From: Hypanus sabinus
Taxonomy: Eukaryota
DNA length: 64,000 nt
Direction: 5' to 3'
Assembly: GCF_030144855.1 (NCBI RefSeq)
Contig: NC_082731.1
Location: forward strand, 26,660,001 to 26,724,000
Part shown: in pieces, positions 48,636-61,599 of the stretch
Numbering within the stretch: the first letter of the stretch is position 1
Layout of the letters: each line of letters begins with the position of its first letter
Program-made: the position numbers and the translations under genes
Notes under the pieces: model-generated
Databases searched by the model: none
What the model was told of the DNA's origin: nothing
The model's input: the letters and a program-made list of their open reading frames with translations, nothing else

Positions 48636-49441
48636 CACTGGACCACAAACTTTGCACCAAAATAGTTTTGGGAATATCTTATGGACTTTGGGCTGCTGAT
48701 CATGAAAATCACTGTGAAATTTCCTTATCTTGCACCATTTTTTTTTGAAATTGCCTTTATTTTATTTCAATTCATAACTCAGCTCAGAATAACTGATACC
48801 AAGATTAAGGAAGGTATTTTTGTTTGTCCACAAATCAAACAGGTCATCAACGACAGGGAATTCAAAGAACTCCTAACAGAACTGGAGAAAATCGCACAGA
48901 AGGCATTCAAGGATGTTATTGAAAATTTTCTTGGCAACTACAGAGTAACAAAGTATGTGCAGCTGGTTGACAGCATGATTCAAGCACACAAAACCATGAA
49001 GCGCAATGTGTCTCTAAAGATTCATTTTCTGCATTCCTATTTAGACTTCTTCCCTGGAAATCTTGGCACTGTCAGTGAAGAGCATGTGGAACAGTTTCAC
49101 CAGGGCATTGCAGTCATGGAGAAATTGTGTAAGGGCAACTGGAATCCATCAATGCTGGCTGATTATTGTTGGGTACTTAAGCGAGAGGCCTCAGACACTA
49201 AGTACAAATGAAAATCATCAAAAAATATATATTTTTAGCTTAGTTGAACTATTGCTAAGCATCAGCACTGTTATGCAATTAAGCACATGTTATTCAATAA
49301 AAGTTAATTTCTTGTTTTTCCAAATTCCCGCATGATACAAGTAGTCTGAAATTATATTTGTGTCCAGGTTCAATCTATCTATCATAAACAAAAATAAAAT
49401 TCTGAGAAAGCAACACTTCCAAGAAAATTTGTCGTCCAGTG
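48636..49441 (+). mobile_element. Chapaev3-type (CMC) DNA transposon, internally deleted
   Basis: TIRs CACTGGAC(C/G)ACAAA; 3-bp TSD TAA on both sides. Transposase C-terminus KIKEGIFVCPQIK...VSLKIHFLHSYLDFFPGNLGTVSEEHVEQFHQGI...WNPSMLADYCW. Family name from recalled CACTG/TWA signature. Confidence 0.75.
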
Positions 49442-49449
49442 TAATAAAT

Positions 49450-51180
49450 TACTTTGAACAAACTTCCATCTGGGATTTTATTTTTCTTCCCTTCTTATTG
49501 CACATTTGCAGTAGTGGGGATGCTAAGCAGGGCAATCGAATGCTCCCCTTGTGAGATGTGGGAAGGTAGAAGGGCCTCCAGTGTGCCTGATGACTACCCC
49601 AGCTAGAAATACATCCAGTTGCAGCTTTTAACAACTGTGTTAAAGAGTTGGAACTGGAACTGGGTGAACTCCAGATCACTCGCGAGGATGGCAGGTTAAT
49701 CAAGAGAACATGTGGTGAGGTAGTTACGCCCAGAGTGCAGAACACATGTAAATGGGTGACTCTCAGGAGAGGGAAAGGGGTTAAACAGCCATTTCCTCAA
49801 CAAATGGTAGTTAGATTCTGTTGGGGAGGATGACATGTCAGTACCAATAACATAGGAGGGTTGATGAGGCCCTACAAAGTGGGGGGATATGTGCTAAGTT
49901 AAGTGACAGGACTTCCAGGGTTGTGATCTCAGGATTTCTACAAGTGCCATATATTAGTGAGGCCAGAAACAGGAAGATCATACATGGCTAAGGGGTTGGT
50001 GCAGGACGGAGGGTTTTAGATTTTTGGATCATTGGGCTCCCTTCCAGACAAGGTGGAACTTGAACAGAAGGGATTGTTTACAACTGAACTGGAGGGAGAG
50101 TCTAGTATCCTAGTGGGAATGTTTGTTACTGCTGCACTGTTGCGGGGGGTGGGGGGATGTGTGGTTAAACTGGAGCTACAAGGGGATCGGAATCAGAATG
50201 TCAAAACAGATAGTGAAGTGATTGTGGAGAAAGATGTTGTTAAACCTACACATGAAGTCAGTTTTCAAGAGAAATTGAGGCCCTTGTTAAAAAACTAAAA
50301 GGAGTGCATAGCAGGTATAGGCAGGCAGGACAAATGAGGTGCCCGATTATAAGAAATGGAAGAGAACACTAAAGAAATAAACCAGGAGGGTTAAAAGAAG
50401 GCATGAGCAGACAAGGTGAAAGTGCATCCTAAGTATTTCCACAGGTATGTCTAGAGCAAAAGGATTGTAAGAGTCAAGACTGGTCCTCAGTGATGCACCA
50501 TCAATAACTCAGTCTGAGACATAAAGGCGAGATATCGGCTTTTATTGACTGGAAGGAACAAGCAGTGGTTGACCACCATACTACATCCTGGAGACTGAGA
50601 GGCCGAGCTCAGGCCTCGTTCGCCTTTATACAGGGGTCTGTGGGAGGAGCCACAGGAGCAGTCAGCAGGGGGCGTGTCCAGACAGGTATATGTAGTTCAC
50701 CACACTCTGGAAATTCATAATGGTAATCTATGTGTGGAGCCAAAAGAGATGGGGGAGATCTTAAAAAGGTTTTTTTGCATCTGTATTTACTCAGGAGGAA
50801 CACAATTTATAGAAGTGAGGCAAAGCAGCATCAAGGTCATGTACCGAATACAGATTACAGAGGAGGAGGTGTTTGCCGTCTTTGCTGTCTTAGGGTAGAC
50901 TGTTCCTCAGACCCTGATAACATGCTCCCTTGGCCAGTGCAGGAATTGCAGGTCCTACCAGAGTTAAAGCTTCTTTAGCCACTGGTGAGGTACTGGAGCA
51001 TGAGGATAGCTAATGTTATACCGTTATTTAAAAAAGGCTACAAGAAAAATCGGGAAATTATGGGTTGGTAAGCCTGACATCAGTAATGGGAAAGTTATTA
51101 GAAGGTATTCCAAGGATGGGATGTGTAAGTATTTGGATAGACAGAGACTAATTAGGACTAGTCAACGTGCTTCTGCACAT
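49450..51180 (+). mobile_element. CR1 LINE fragments (ORF1 and ORF2 pieces)
   Basis: ELELELGELQITRE (ORF1-like) and EPKEMGEILKRFF; interrupted by a solo LTR. Confidence 0.65.
50491..50704 (-). mobile_element. Small solo LTR (214 bp)
   Basis: TG...CA ends; TATAAAGG and AATAAAAG on minus; 5-bp TSD CTCAG/CTCTG (one mismatch); splits a CR1. Confidence 0.7.
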
Positions 51181-51268
51181 AGTAAATCACAAACACGAGA
51201 AAATCTGCAGATGGTAGAAATCCGAGCATCACACACAAAATGCTGGAGGAACTCAGCAGACCTGGCAG

Positions 51269-51688
51269 TGTCGTGGTTTCTTGTGCCCCACAAATGACCA
51301 GGGGACGCAGAAGATTCTTCAAGAAGGGTTAAACTTTAATTTGCAAATCAAAGCCGAGACAGTCGGTGAGCTAGTCGCTGATTGCCCACCGATCCTTGGA
51401 CATAGCATTTTTTTATAGTAATCTCCTGGTTTAGTTGCATTAGCATATCCAATCGGTCTATAGTTGTGTACCACAGGTACATCCGCCACTATTGTTTCTA
51501 CCCATTGACTTAATCATGTTCTAATCTACATCTCTTAGCTACATCTCATTAACACACCATTGTCTTCTACATTCTTAAGATTTCATTCTCCTACTAAATT
51601 GGGTACATGCATAGCAAATAGCAAGTTTCAAAGCTGACTACATAGTTTTGGTTACACAGCAAACAATCTCAACTTTTATACTCCAATA
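51269..51688 (-). repeat. ERV 3' LTR
   Basis: Direct repeat of 59150-59568; preceded in proviral orientation by PPT AAATGGGGGATA (51689-51700). Confidence 0.95.
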
Positions 51689-51895
51689 TATCCCCCATTT
51701 GAGACTCAGAGGGTCTCACACAGAGAAAAGGCTAAAAGTCTGCGCACAAAAGCCCCAATAAACTCAAGCACTTATTCCCAAATCTCGGGTTAAACTATAA
51801 TTTTCTGCACCAAGACCTCAAAGTATTCTCTCCCTGTTACCCTGGGCCGCTGAGCCAAAAACCTGTCCCTTTGTACCTGAGACAGGGAAAAAGAC

Positions 51896-53248
51896 TCAGA
51901 AGCCCTTACAATCTACTCCCACACTGTCGTTTTGCTCTTGCTCATCCTGCAGGTGTTGTAGGCTGTAACGATACATTTTTGGTGTTTCTTTCTCCACTAA
52001 ACTTGCTTCAGTAATTGCCACGAGCATCGGAAATTGTTTGGTTGCAGCACGGACTACAAGAGATTTGAGACAAGGAAGAAAACAGCACAGCAGAAGCGCA
52101 CAGCTCAATAATACAATACTGACAGTTATTGCCATTTTAGTCAGCCATGCTCCCCATCCTCCGAGTCTACTTTCCAACCAATCAAAGAACTGATGTTCAA
52201 ATCTTGCATTCTGTTTGACCTCCGTCCGCAGATTCTTTAATTTATTCATTGCTCTGGTGAAAGACCCTTCTGGGCTACTATTGTTCAGTATGAAAGTGCA
52301 GCATTGTTCTCCAAACATTACACACACACCCTCTTTTTCTGCCAAAAGCCAATCCAGTACCTGTCTGTTTTGCCACGCCATCCTGCTAGTTGCATCCAGC
52401 TGTTGCACTAAGGCCTCCAGTGCATCATCAGTGTAGTTGATGAACCTCTGTTGATTGTAGTATATATAATTTATCCATTCAACATTTTTACTTATCCCTA
52501 TCACAGGAATGAGAGCTTCCCAGCCTGCAGCAATCTCATGCGGTGTCAGGCATGTGATTCGATTAGTTTGCATGCGGTAACTCATCAATGCTAACGGTAA
52601 AGCATCGACCCAACTAAGTTTAGTGTCTGTACAAATTTTGTTTAGTTTGGCTTTCAGGGTTCCATTCATTTTCTCTACTATGCCCTGCGACTGAGGGTGG
52701 TATACACATCCAAATCTTTGCTTTATCCTCAGCGTCTGTAGTACCAGTTTGACCGCTTTCTGGATAAAAGCTGAACCATTGTCTGAGCTAACTTCTGTAG
52801 GTATTCCAAACCTTGGGATCACTTCATTTGTCAGAAATTTTACCACTGTCTTTGCCCCTTGATCTCTTGAAGGTACCGCCTCCACCCATCTGCTAAATCG
52901 ATCAATTACTACCAGCATGTATCTTTTCCCTCTCACTGTCTTTATCATGTCTACGTAATCGATCACTAGATGTTTAAATGGTCCTTCAGGTACAGGAATG
53001 TGACCTATTGGGGTTATAATTCCCTTCTGAATATTATTCTGTGTACATACTTTGCACTGTGACAAGACAAAGTCCACTGAAGCCTGTAAATAAGGTGACC
53101 AAAAACCATCCTTCTTTATTTTCTTTATCACTTCCCCCCTCGCACAACAAACCGTCTTCCGTGCTCCACAAACCTTCCGGGTTCTGCTTGGCCCCCCTTT
53201 TTCTCCACATTGTCTGTTCTGCCAAAGTCGCCTTACCTTGTATTTCAA
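51896..53248 (-). pseudogene. pol/env: ERV integrase core fused in frame to Env TM subunit
   Basis: IN: LVIDYVD, SSDNGSAF-x35-E (SQGIVE). From about 52535, TM: QNRQVLDWLLAEKEGVC (ISD-like), CVMFGEQCC (CX6CC) and a hydrophobic anchor. Confidence 0.88.
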
Positions 53249-56160
53249 TCAGGTCCTCTACCTCAGGTTCTGGAGTTAGGCTTACCTGGGGGGCAATGAC
53301 AGCTGACGTACACCCAGATGCTTTTCTGGCTGCCTCGTCCGCAGCTTGATTTCCCTTTGTTATTACACCCTTTCCCTTTTTATTTGCCTGGCATTTTACT
53401 ATAGCCAATGCTTTAGGTTTCATTATGGCCTTTATTAAGTCTAGAATTTGCTGACAATGTTGTATGGGATCTCCGCTACTTTTTTTAAAACCTCTCTGTT
53501 TCCACACTGCCCTGAACAAATGGCATACTCCATGAGCATATGCCGAATCAGTATAGATGTCTACTTTCTCACCTTCATTTCACATGCAGCTAGTTGGGCG
53601 GAACACGGTTGGGGACAGGACACCATCCTAATAATCTTATAGCTCGACTGATCCTGCTGCACTACTGAGAACCCTGCATGATTTCCATCATAATCCCTAT
53701 CACAAGAGCCATCTACGAACAGAACCTTTTTATCTGCATCCTCCGGTGGTTCTGACCGTAAATCTGCTCTCAATTTGGCAAATGCCATCGTCTTCCCTAC
53801 ACAATCATGGGGTTCTCCTTCATAGCCCAAAGGGACAAAATCAGCTATATTACTGGTAGTGCATCTCTGTATAGTTATGTCTGGAAATGTCACCAGCATC
53901 TGATACGCTGCTATCCTGGCTGGCGTCAGCACAAATTTCCCTCTTTCCAGCAATTCTGCTACTTTGTGGTGTGTGTCCAGAGTCACAGGATAGCCCAGGG
54001 TTACAGATGATGCCTTTTCATATGCATAGTACAGCGCCGCCAGTCCCTGATAACAGGGTGGATACCCCTGAGCCACCTCATCTAGTCTCGTACTGTAGTA
54101 TGCTATCGGCTGCTTTGCTTTTCCTGTGCCTATCTCTTGTGTTAGAACCGCTGTGACATAACCCTCCTGTCGGTTGGATACATACAAATGAAAAACCTTC
54201 TCGTAGTCAGGCAAAGCTAATGCTGGTGCTGACTGCAATTCCTGCTTAATAGTATTGAAAGCTATCTCCACCTCTCCATTCTACTGTAGGCCGTTCTTCA
54301 AATTTGTATGTCCTGCTTCTTTCATTATCTTTCTCAAAGGTGCCACAATCTCAGCATATTCTCATATCCAATCTGAGCTGTACCCTGCCATTCCCAAAAA
54401 CGTCATCATCTGCCCTACAGTCTGGGGTTTTGGGGCCTTAGTTATTGCCTCAATCTGATCTGGTGCTCTCGCCTTCACTCCCTTGGATATTACCCTGCCT
54501 AGGTACTCCACTTGCTGCGTACAAAATTGCAGTTTCTTTTTGGATACTTTATGTCCTCCGTGCGCCAGCTTCTCCAACAGAGTTATAGTGTCTTGCTCAC
54601 GCTGTTCCACGCTGTGGGAGCAAATCAACAGGTCATCCACATACTGTAACAAAGTACTTTCCAATGGCATACCCTCTAGGTCTGCCTTCAACACCTGATT
54701 AAAAACATGTGGTGAATGTTTAAATCCTTGCGGCATTCTGGTATAAGTATACTGAGCACCTCTGTAAGTAAATGCAAACAGATACTGACACTGGTCGGCT
54801 AGAGGAATGCTGAAGAAAGCCGAACACAAATCAATCACTGAAAAGTAACTTGCTTCTGGTGGAACATTAGTCAAAAGCGTGTGTGGGTTGGGGACTGCCA
54901 CTGGCCAGTCCTCTACCACATCATTTACCGCTTGCAAATCATGCACCAATCTCCACCTAGATTTATCTGCTTGTAAGACCGGCAGCAACGAGGTATTGCA
55001 TGGACTGTTTGTTCTTTTAAGCACTCCTATTTCAAGCAACCCCTGCACTGTGAATGCTATTCCCTCTTCTGCTTCTGGTCTTAGAGGGTATTGTGGTCTC
55101 CTGGGCGGAATTGCTCCCATTTTCAGCCTTATTTCCACCGGACTAGCTGTTTTTATTTTCCCTACGTCTGTGTCATGCTGTGACCACAGAATAGACGGCA
55201 ACTCATTTAAACTTTTATCTTTCTGCTGGCCTCTTTCCTTTCCCAGCAAGGGCAGGTGTGGTTGGGGAGTTATTTCGACCTCTCTCACTGTCCCTATCAT
55301 ATCTACACTTACCATTATTTTAATGCAATTGTTGTCTTCTGATATCCACACCTCTGGCGTGATTTTCCTCCACACTGTTACGGTTTCAGCACTCTTAACT
55401 AAGGGTCCTAAGTCTTTAGACTGATATCCCTTGTTACCAACAACATTACGTGTGGCGCAGCCTCCGGTATCCTGTACCATTTTTCTAAAAAGGTGTTCCA
55501 CTTAACCTGTAAAGCTGCCCCTTACTTTCCAATTATCACAGCCTCCTCTTCCAGGTGCTGTTGGGTACATGCCTCCAGGTGCCATCTCTCCTCTAACTCC
55601 CTGTTCTGAGTCTCGTCAAAAATCACTGTCCAATCTAGCTCAGATTTGGGCATTACAGCCCTGGGTAATATAGCCTGCACGCCCTTTTTCCATTTTTCCC
55701 AGGTTTCCTGAATCTGATCTGCGATTTCTCCTATCCAAAAGACATTAGCCTTTTTGTCTTCTCGCACTATCAATTGAGCCCCTGCTCTTCCCACACTCAG
55801 CCCATTTCCGGTGCATTCTAATTTTAATTCCAATTTCAATAAGGCATCTCTGCCTAACAAATTAATCGGAGTTTCTTTAAATGCTAGCACCGGCAAAACA
55901 ATTCCTTTATTTCCCATTCTCAACTGCACTGGAGCCGTGTACTGTGTCAACTGTGTTTTCCCCGAGAACCCTACCGTCTTCATAAACTTTCCTGAAATGG
56001 GAAGGTGAAGGGCATACTGTGGCTGTACACAAGTGTACGTGGCTCCAGTATCTATCATCATTGGTGTCAGTTGCCCTTCTAACATAACCTAAACAATGGG
56101 TTCCTCGTCTGCCTCCCTTGTTATCATTGGGTAATGTCCCTTCCACTCGAGTTCTCGGGG
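53249..56160 (-). pseudogene. pol: ERV protease, reverse transcriptase and RNase H (disrupted)
   Basis: MMIDTGATYT (protease); SVIDLCSAFFSIPL, RMPQGFKHSP, LLQYVDDLL (RT); LFVDGS (RNase H). Several stops and frameshifts. Confidence 0.93.
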
Positions 56161-56165
56161 AACCC

Positions 56166-58493
56166 CTAATACCTCACATAGGGGTTCACAGGTCCACTTG
56201 GGCCTGTGGGGGCTGGTCCTTGGCTAAACTTTAGTTCCCTTCTTATCGGTTCCTGCTGGTGTGTGACAGGCCATGGTGAAAACGGACAATCTCTTCTCAT
56301 GTGACCTGGCTGATTACATCCCCAGCACAATCTCTCTACCTCTCTTTCCCCCTGTTTCCTCTTTGGTCCCCTCTGCCCATAGCTCCTCTGTCCCCCTCCT
56401 TGGGACTTCCAGTCCTGTCTCGGCTGTTTGAATTTAGTCTGTTCCTGATAGGGCATTTGTGAGAATGCTTCTCCGAAGTCATTGATTATTGGCATGGGGT
56501 TTTCCGGCCCTTGTCTTACAGTCTGATCGGTTCCTCCATATAGCAGTGCTTTGTCCAGTTCAATGGCTGTACTCGGACCGGTGGTTGCTGGCAGCATCTT
56601 TTTGCTTTTCTCTTTTTCCTTCTTTTTGAGTTCTTCAAGCTGCATTTGTATTAACTTTCTTTGCACCTCTTCCTGCTGCTCAGCCAACCTTCTTTTGTCT
56701 TTCTGGTATTTCTCAATCGCATGGACTACGTGGTCTCTAAATGCTTGTGGGGTCATTGACGTCAGCCCAACCACTTCCTCCAGTTTGGATTTTACTTGCG
56801 AAGGCATTGCATCCAAAATGCTATGTCGGAACAATGTGTTGATAAATAAGCTATTTTCCACCTCCTGCTCAGTCTCCAGCCTCCACCTTTTCAACTGGTT
56901 TTCTACGTAGGCTGCTGGGTATTCAGTGTCTCCCAGTAGTTCCCCCTTTAAGGCTTGGGGTCCACTTTGGGTGGGTAAAGCTTCCTGAGGGCCTGCCATA
57001 CCCTCTTCCTCACTCTGTCAAACCCGTCTCCATCAGTTCTCGGGTCGTTCGAGTTTAATATGCCAGCCATTTCCATTAGTTTGTTAAATTGGGAGGTTCC
57101 CATCAACCTTATCAATAGTGCCTTCAAATCTCCCATAGCCAATAATCGTCCCACCGTTTCTTCTTCAAAGGCTCTAATCCATTTCCCTGCCCCTTCATGT
57201 AGATTGGGCAGAGTGTTTTTCTAGATCCTGGTATCCCCAAGGGATATACTGCACTTGTCCTGATACTTTAACTAACAATGGCATCATTCTTCCTCCTTCT
57301 TCCCACCTGCCCTAGCTCTCCTCCTCACCTGACTCCCCATCTGTCTCAGGGTATGACTTTACTGCCTCCGACACAAATGACACCAGGGTCCTCTTCTTCC
57401 CTCGGTCTCCCTGTGGAGTCCTTCCTTTCTGTCATGATTCAATACTTGGTTGGCCCCTGGAGTATTTTTTGCATCTCCTCTGGCAATCCCCTCTCAGTAA
57501 CTTATCTGGCTCTCTCTCTACTTCCGCATGTTGCTCCCCGACCACCTCCTTCTGCTTTTCTAGGCTTCTGCCTCTTACCTCTTCCCCACAAATTCTCGCA
57601 TCCTCTCTCTCTCCACTTAACTCTTGCTCCTCCAATGAGTCACCTTCTCTTTCTTCCTGTCCGTGTCTGTACACCTGTGGCAGGGACTCCTCATGATCCT
57701 TACTCGTGCTTGATTCCCTTCTCTCTTGTGTTTCTCTAAGACTCTCATCTATCTTTTTTCCACTTCTCCTTGAATGCCTCATCTCTTCCTGCCCTGATGG
57801 GCCACTTTCTTTTCTAGTCTGTTTATTTCTATGGTATAACCAATACTCCTCATACTCCTTTTCATCTCTCAAGTATTTCATCCTTTCAATCTCTTCTTCC
57901 ATTTCTCTTTGCCTGTTCCACCTTTATCCTTTCTGCCTGTATCTCCTTCCATATCGCTGCTTTTTCCTTCTCACATTGTCTTCTTTCCTCCTCATTATCC
58001 CAAACTTGTACTTCTCCCTGCATGTTTACTGTTCCCGTCAGCAGGGGGCACTGCTTAGGGGTTCCTTCCTCATTATAGGGAGGGGGCTTTTCTGTTTCTT
58101 TCGCATCTGGGTACAGAGCTGAAGCCAGCTTCTCACTGTACCTTCCTCTCTCTCTAACAGGCTGTTTCTCCAGCACCCTAGTGTCTTCCTCGCTTGTAAT
58201 CGATGTTCTACCTGTCCTCCTCAGCCTTTCTCCCTCCATTCTGAAGAGTTTTAGCACTTCCATTTCTTGTTCTCTTTTTTGCCCTCTTTTCTTAGATTTA
58301 TCTTTTGGTTTGTAATTTTTAATTAGTTCCTCCATTTCTTCGCACAATCTTACATCAAACGTTCGTTCTCTTGGCCACTTTGTGACCAGGTTTTTGGTTC
58401 TCTTTCCCCATTTTTCTGAAGTTTTTGTGATCTCATATTTATTTACCGGGATTTTTTTTTCAGAATCTCTACTGCTGTTCCTTTACCTGTCAT
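56166..58493 (-). pseudogene. gag: ERV gag (frameshifted)
   Basis: Probable ATG at 58493 with a poly-A frameshift; E/K/R-rich N-terminal region; CCHC knuckle CWGCNQPGHMRRDC; ends TAG-G as in gag-pol readthrough viruses. Confidence 0.85.
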
Positions 58494-59127
58494 GTTGTTC
58501 TCTCTTTTTAAGGTATTTCAGAGATTCACAGTTCGTTTACTGGATAATATTATTTACTCTAATTCTATGCCTAGTCTGTCGTCTATCTACCAGCTATATA
58601 TTGGGCTGTCCTTGTATCTTATTCTGTTCTGCCCGTACAGACCTCTATTCAGAGCGGTATCCTCAGAACTTGCTCTTTGCCCTCGTCTATTCAGACCCTT
58701 ATCTCTTAAGGCGGTATCCACCAGGATTTTCTCTATTTTCCCTTTCCCTGCCCGTTCAGACCTTCATTTTATATGAAGCGGTATCCACAGAGATCTACCA
58801 ACACCACGTGGAATTTTTCTTAACTTAACTTCTTATTAACTTATTTGTACTTACTGTCACTGCAGTGTTCTTGATCAATCCTCTGAGCCTGCTGTTAAGC
58901 CCCAATTCTGCCAGATTCTTTGGACCGGAGAGACGCTTCGGCAGTGGTTCCACACTTCTGAGACTCCAAGACTTCCCCAAAACCAACAGAATTCTTAGTC
59001 CAAATTGTCGCAAAAAGCGCTTACCTTTTGTTTGGGTGCACCCTTTATTCTGTTAGCATTGTGGGGGTCCCTAGAGGACTGGGAAGCATCCCCAATCTGC
59101 CGTTCCCTTTCCGCGGGTCTCTTTCCG

Positions 59128-59145
59128 GTCCTGCCGCGGTCGCCA
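59128..59145 (-). other. Primer-binding site, tRNA-Arg(TCG)
   Basis: TGGCGACCGCGGCAGGAC, 4 nt from the 5' LTR. Complementary to the recalled 3' 18 nt of vertebrate tRNA-Arg-TCG (GTCCTGCCGCGGTCGCCA). Confidence 0.8.
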
Positions 59146-59149
59146 ATTT

Positions 59150-59568
59150 TGTCGTGGTTTCTCGTGCCCCACAAACAAACAGGAGACACAGAAGATTCTT
59201 CAAGAAGGGTTAAACTTTAATTTGCAAATCAAAGCTGAGACAGTCAGTGAGCTAGTTGCTGATTGACCACCTATCCATGGACATAGCATTTTTTATAGCA
59301 GTCTCCTGGTTTAGTTGTATTAGCATATCCAATCAGTCCATAGTTGCGTATCACACATACATCCACCACTATTGTTTCTACCCATTGACTTAATCATGTT
59401 CTAATCTACATTTCTTAGCTACCTCTCATTAACACACCATTGTCTTCTACATTCTTAAGATTTCATTCTCCTCCTAAATTGGGTACATGCATAGCAAATA
59501 GCAAGTTTCAAAGCTGACTACATAGTTTTGGTTACACAGGAAACAATCTCAACTTTTATACTCCAATA
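59150..59568 (-). repeat. ERV 5' LTR
   Basis: Direct repeat of 51269-51688, about 27 differences by hand alignment. Confidence 0.95.
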
Positions 59569-60085
59569 GCGGCATCTATGGAACTGAGTAAATTGTCAAT
59601 GTTTTGGGCTGAGGACTGGAAAGGAAGTGGGAAGGAGACAGAATAAGAAGGTGGGAGGAAGAAGTACAAGGTAGCATGTGACAGGTGAAACTGGGAGAGG
59701 GGGACAGGTGAAGTAAAGAGCTGGTAAGTTGATTGTTGAAAGAGATAAAGGGCTGGAGAAGGGGGCATTTGATAGGAGAGGGCAGAAGGCCTTGGAAGAA
59801 ATGGAAGGGGGAGGAGCACCAGAGGAAAGTTACGAGCAGGTAAGAAGAAAAGGAGGGGGAGGGAACTAAGAATGAGGAATAGTGAAAGAGTAGTGAAAGA
59901 GACGATGCAGTGGGGGGCTTAAGGGGTTGGTGGCAATTACCAGAAGCTCAAGGTATCGACGTTCATGCCATCAGGTTGGAGAATACTCAGACGGAATATT
60001 GGATGCTGCTCCTCCAACTTGATTGAGGACTCATCCTGGCAGTAGAGGAGACCTTGGATTAACATGTCAGAATGGGAATGGGAGG

Positions 60086-60147
<62 letters not shown>

Positions 60148-61570
60148 CTTTATTCATCCCCAAGGGGAAATTCAACATTTTTCCAGTGTCCCATACACTT
60201 ATTGTAGCAAAACTAATTACATACAGTATTTAACTCAGTATAAATATGATATGCATCTAAAATCACCCTCCCAAAAAGCATTAATAAATAGCTTTTATAA
60301 AGTTCTTAAATAGTTTACTAAAGTGCATTGAGTGGTAACTTAAGCTCAGTCCCAACCCCGGCACTTTAACATGTCTTGCCCCTGGTGGTTGAATTGTAGA
60401 GCCGAATGGCGTTGGGGAGTAATGATCTCTTCATCCTGTTCGAGGAGCATTGCATTGACAGCAACCTGCTGCTGAAGCTGCTTCTCTGTCTCTGGATGGT
60501 GTTGTGCAGAGGATGTTCAGGGTTTTCCATGATTGACCGTAGCCTACTCAGCGCCCTCCGCTCTGCCACCGATGTCATACTCTCCAGTTCTGTGCCCACG
60601 ACAGCCACCGGGAGATCCAGCTTTTGTTGGTGGATGGAGCTGAGGTGCTTGGTGAAGCGGTCTCCTAATCTACGTCAGACCGTACCACTATACAGGAGAC
60701 CACACCGAGAACACCAGATATAGTAAATGCCCCTAACAGACTCACAGGTGAAATGTCACCTCACCTGGAAAGACTGTTCAAGGCCCTGAATGTTAGTGAG
60801 GGAGGAGGTGTAGGGGCTGGTGTGGCATTTGTTATGAGCCAAGAGTAAGATCAGTGGGGAGTGATGGATGGACAAGGGAGTCATGTGGTTAATGACCCCT
60901 GTGGGAAGTGGAAAGTTGGGGGAGGGTGTGGCAGGGATATGTGCTGATGATGTGATCCTTTTGGAGATGGTGGAAGAAAGGACAGCTCAGTTGTTCTGTA
61001 ATGAAAAGCCTGAGAACAGATGCGGTGGAGACAGAGGAACTGAGGAAAGGGAATGGCATTTTTACCTAACAGGGTGGGAAGAGGCATTGCCCACATAGCT
61101 GTGAGTGTCAGTTGGTTTATAAAAGAGATCATTAGATAGACTGTCTGCAGAAATGGAGACAAAGAGATCAAGAGAGAGGAGAGAAGTGTCAGAATTGTAC
61201 TAAATGAAGTAAGTTGGAGGCAAAGTTGATGGAATTGATGAGCTCAGCATGGGTGCAGGAAGCAGCACCAACGCAATCATCACTGTAGCGTAGGAAGAGT
61301 TGGGGAGTGATGACAGTGTAAGCTTGGAAAACTGGCTGTTCCACGTGGCGAGCAAAAAGTCAGGCATGGCTGGGACACATGTGAGCATACCTTGGGTTCG
61401 ATGGAAGTGGGAGGAGCCAAAAGAGAAATTGTTGAGAGTGCAGACCAGTTCTGCCAGACAGAGGAGTGTGGTGGTGGAGGGGTACTGGTTGGGACTGTTG
61501 TCCAGAAGGAAGTGAAGAGTTTTAAGGCACTCCTGTTGAGGGAATAGCAGTGTAGAGGGTTTAGGCATTC
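59569..61570 (-). mobile_element. Penelope-like element, split by the ERV and by an L2-like insertion
   Basis: Its 3' end lies at about 51185-51268, left of the ERV. Body has RT remnants (TLLCLAELVCTLNNFSF) and the LQPDGMN end. Confidence 0.75.
60086..60620 (-). mobile_element. L2-like LINE 3' end with (AGAT)n tail (60086-60148)
   Basis: ORF 60366-60608 (VAERRALSRLRSIMENPEHPLH...AIRLYN); microsatellite at its 3' end. Confidence 0.8.
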
Positions 61571-61599
61571 ATACTGAAAATGAGTCAATAGTAACTTGA

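Larger units (their letters stand above)
51269..59568 (-). mobile_element. Endogenous retrovirus (class I, epsilon-like), 8.3 kb, defective
   Basis: Two LTRs of about 420 bp; 4-bp TSD GCAG/GCGG; PBS, PPT, and gag-pro-pol-env remnants. Confidence 0.95.

Noticed and set aside
57278-58828. Plus-strand hydrophobic ORFs of 138-153 aa
   Set aside because: Antisense shadows of the purine-rich gag region.
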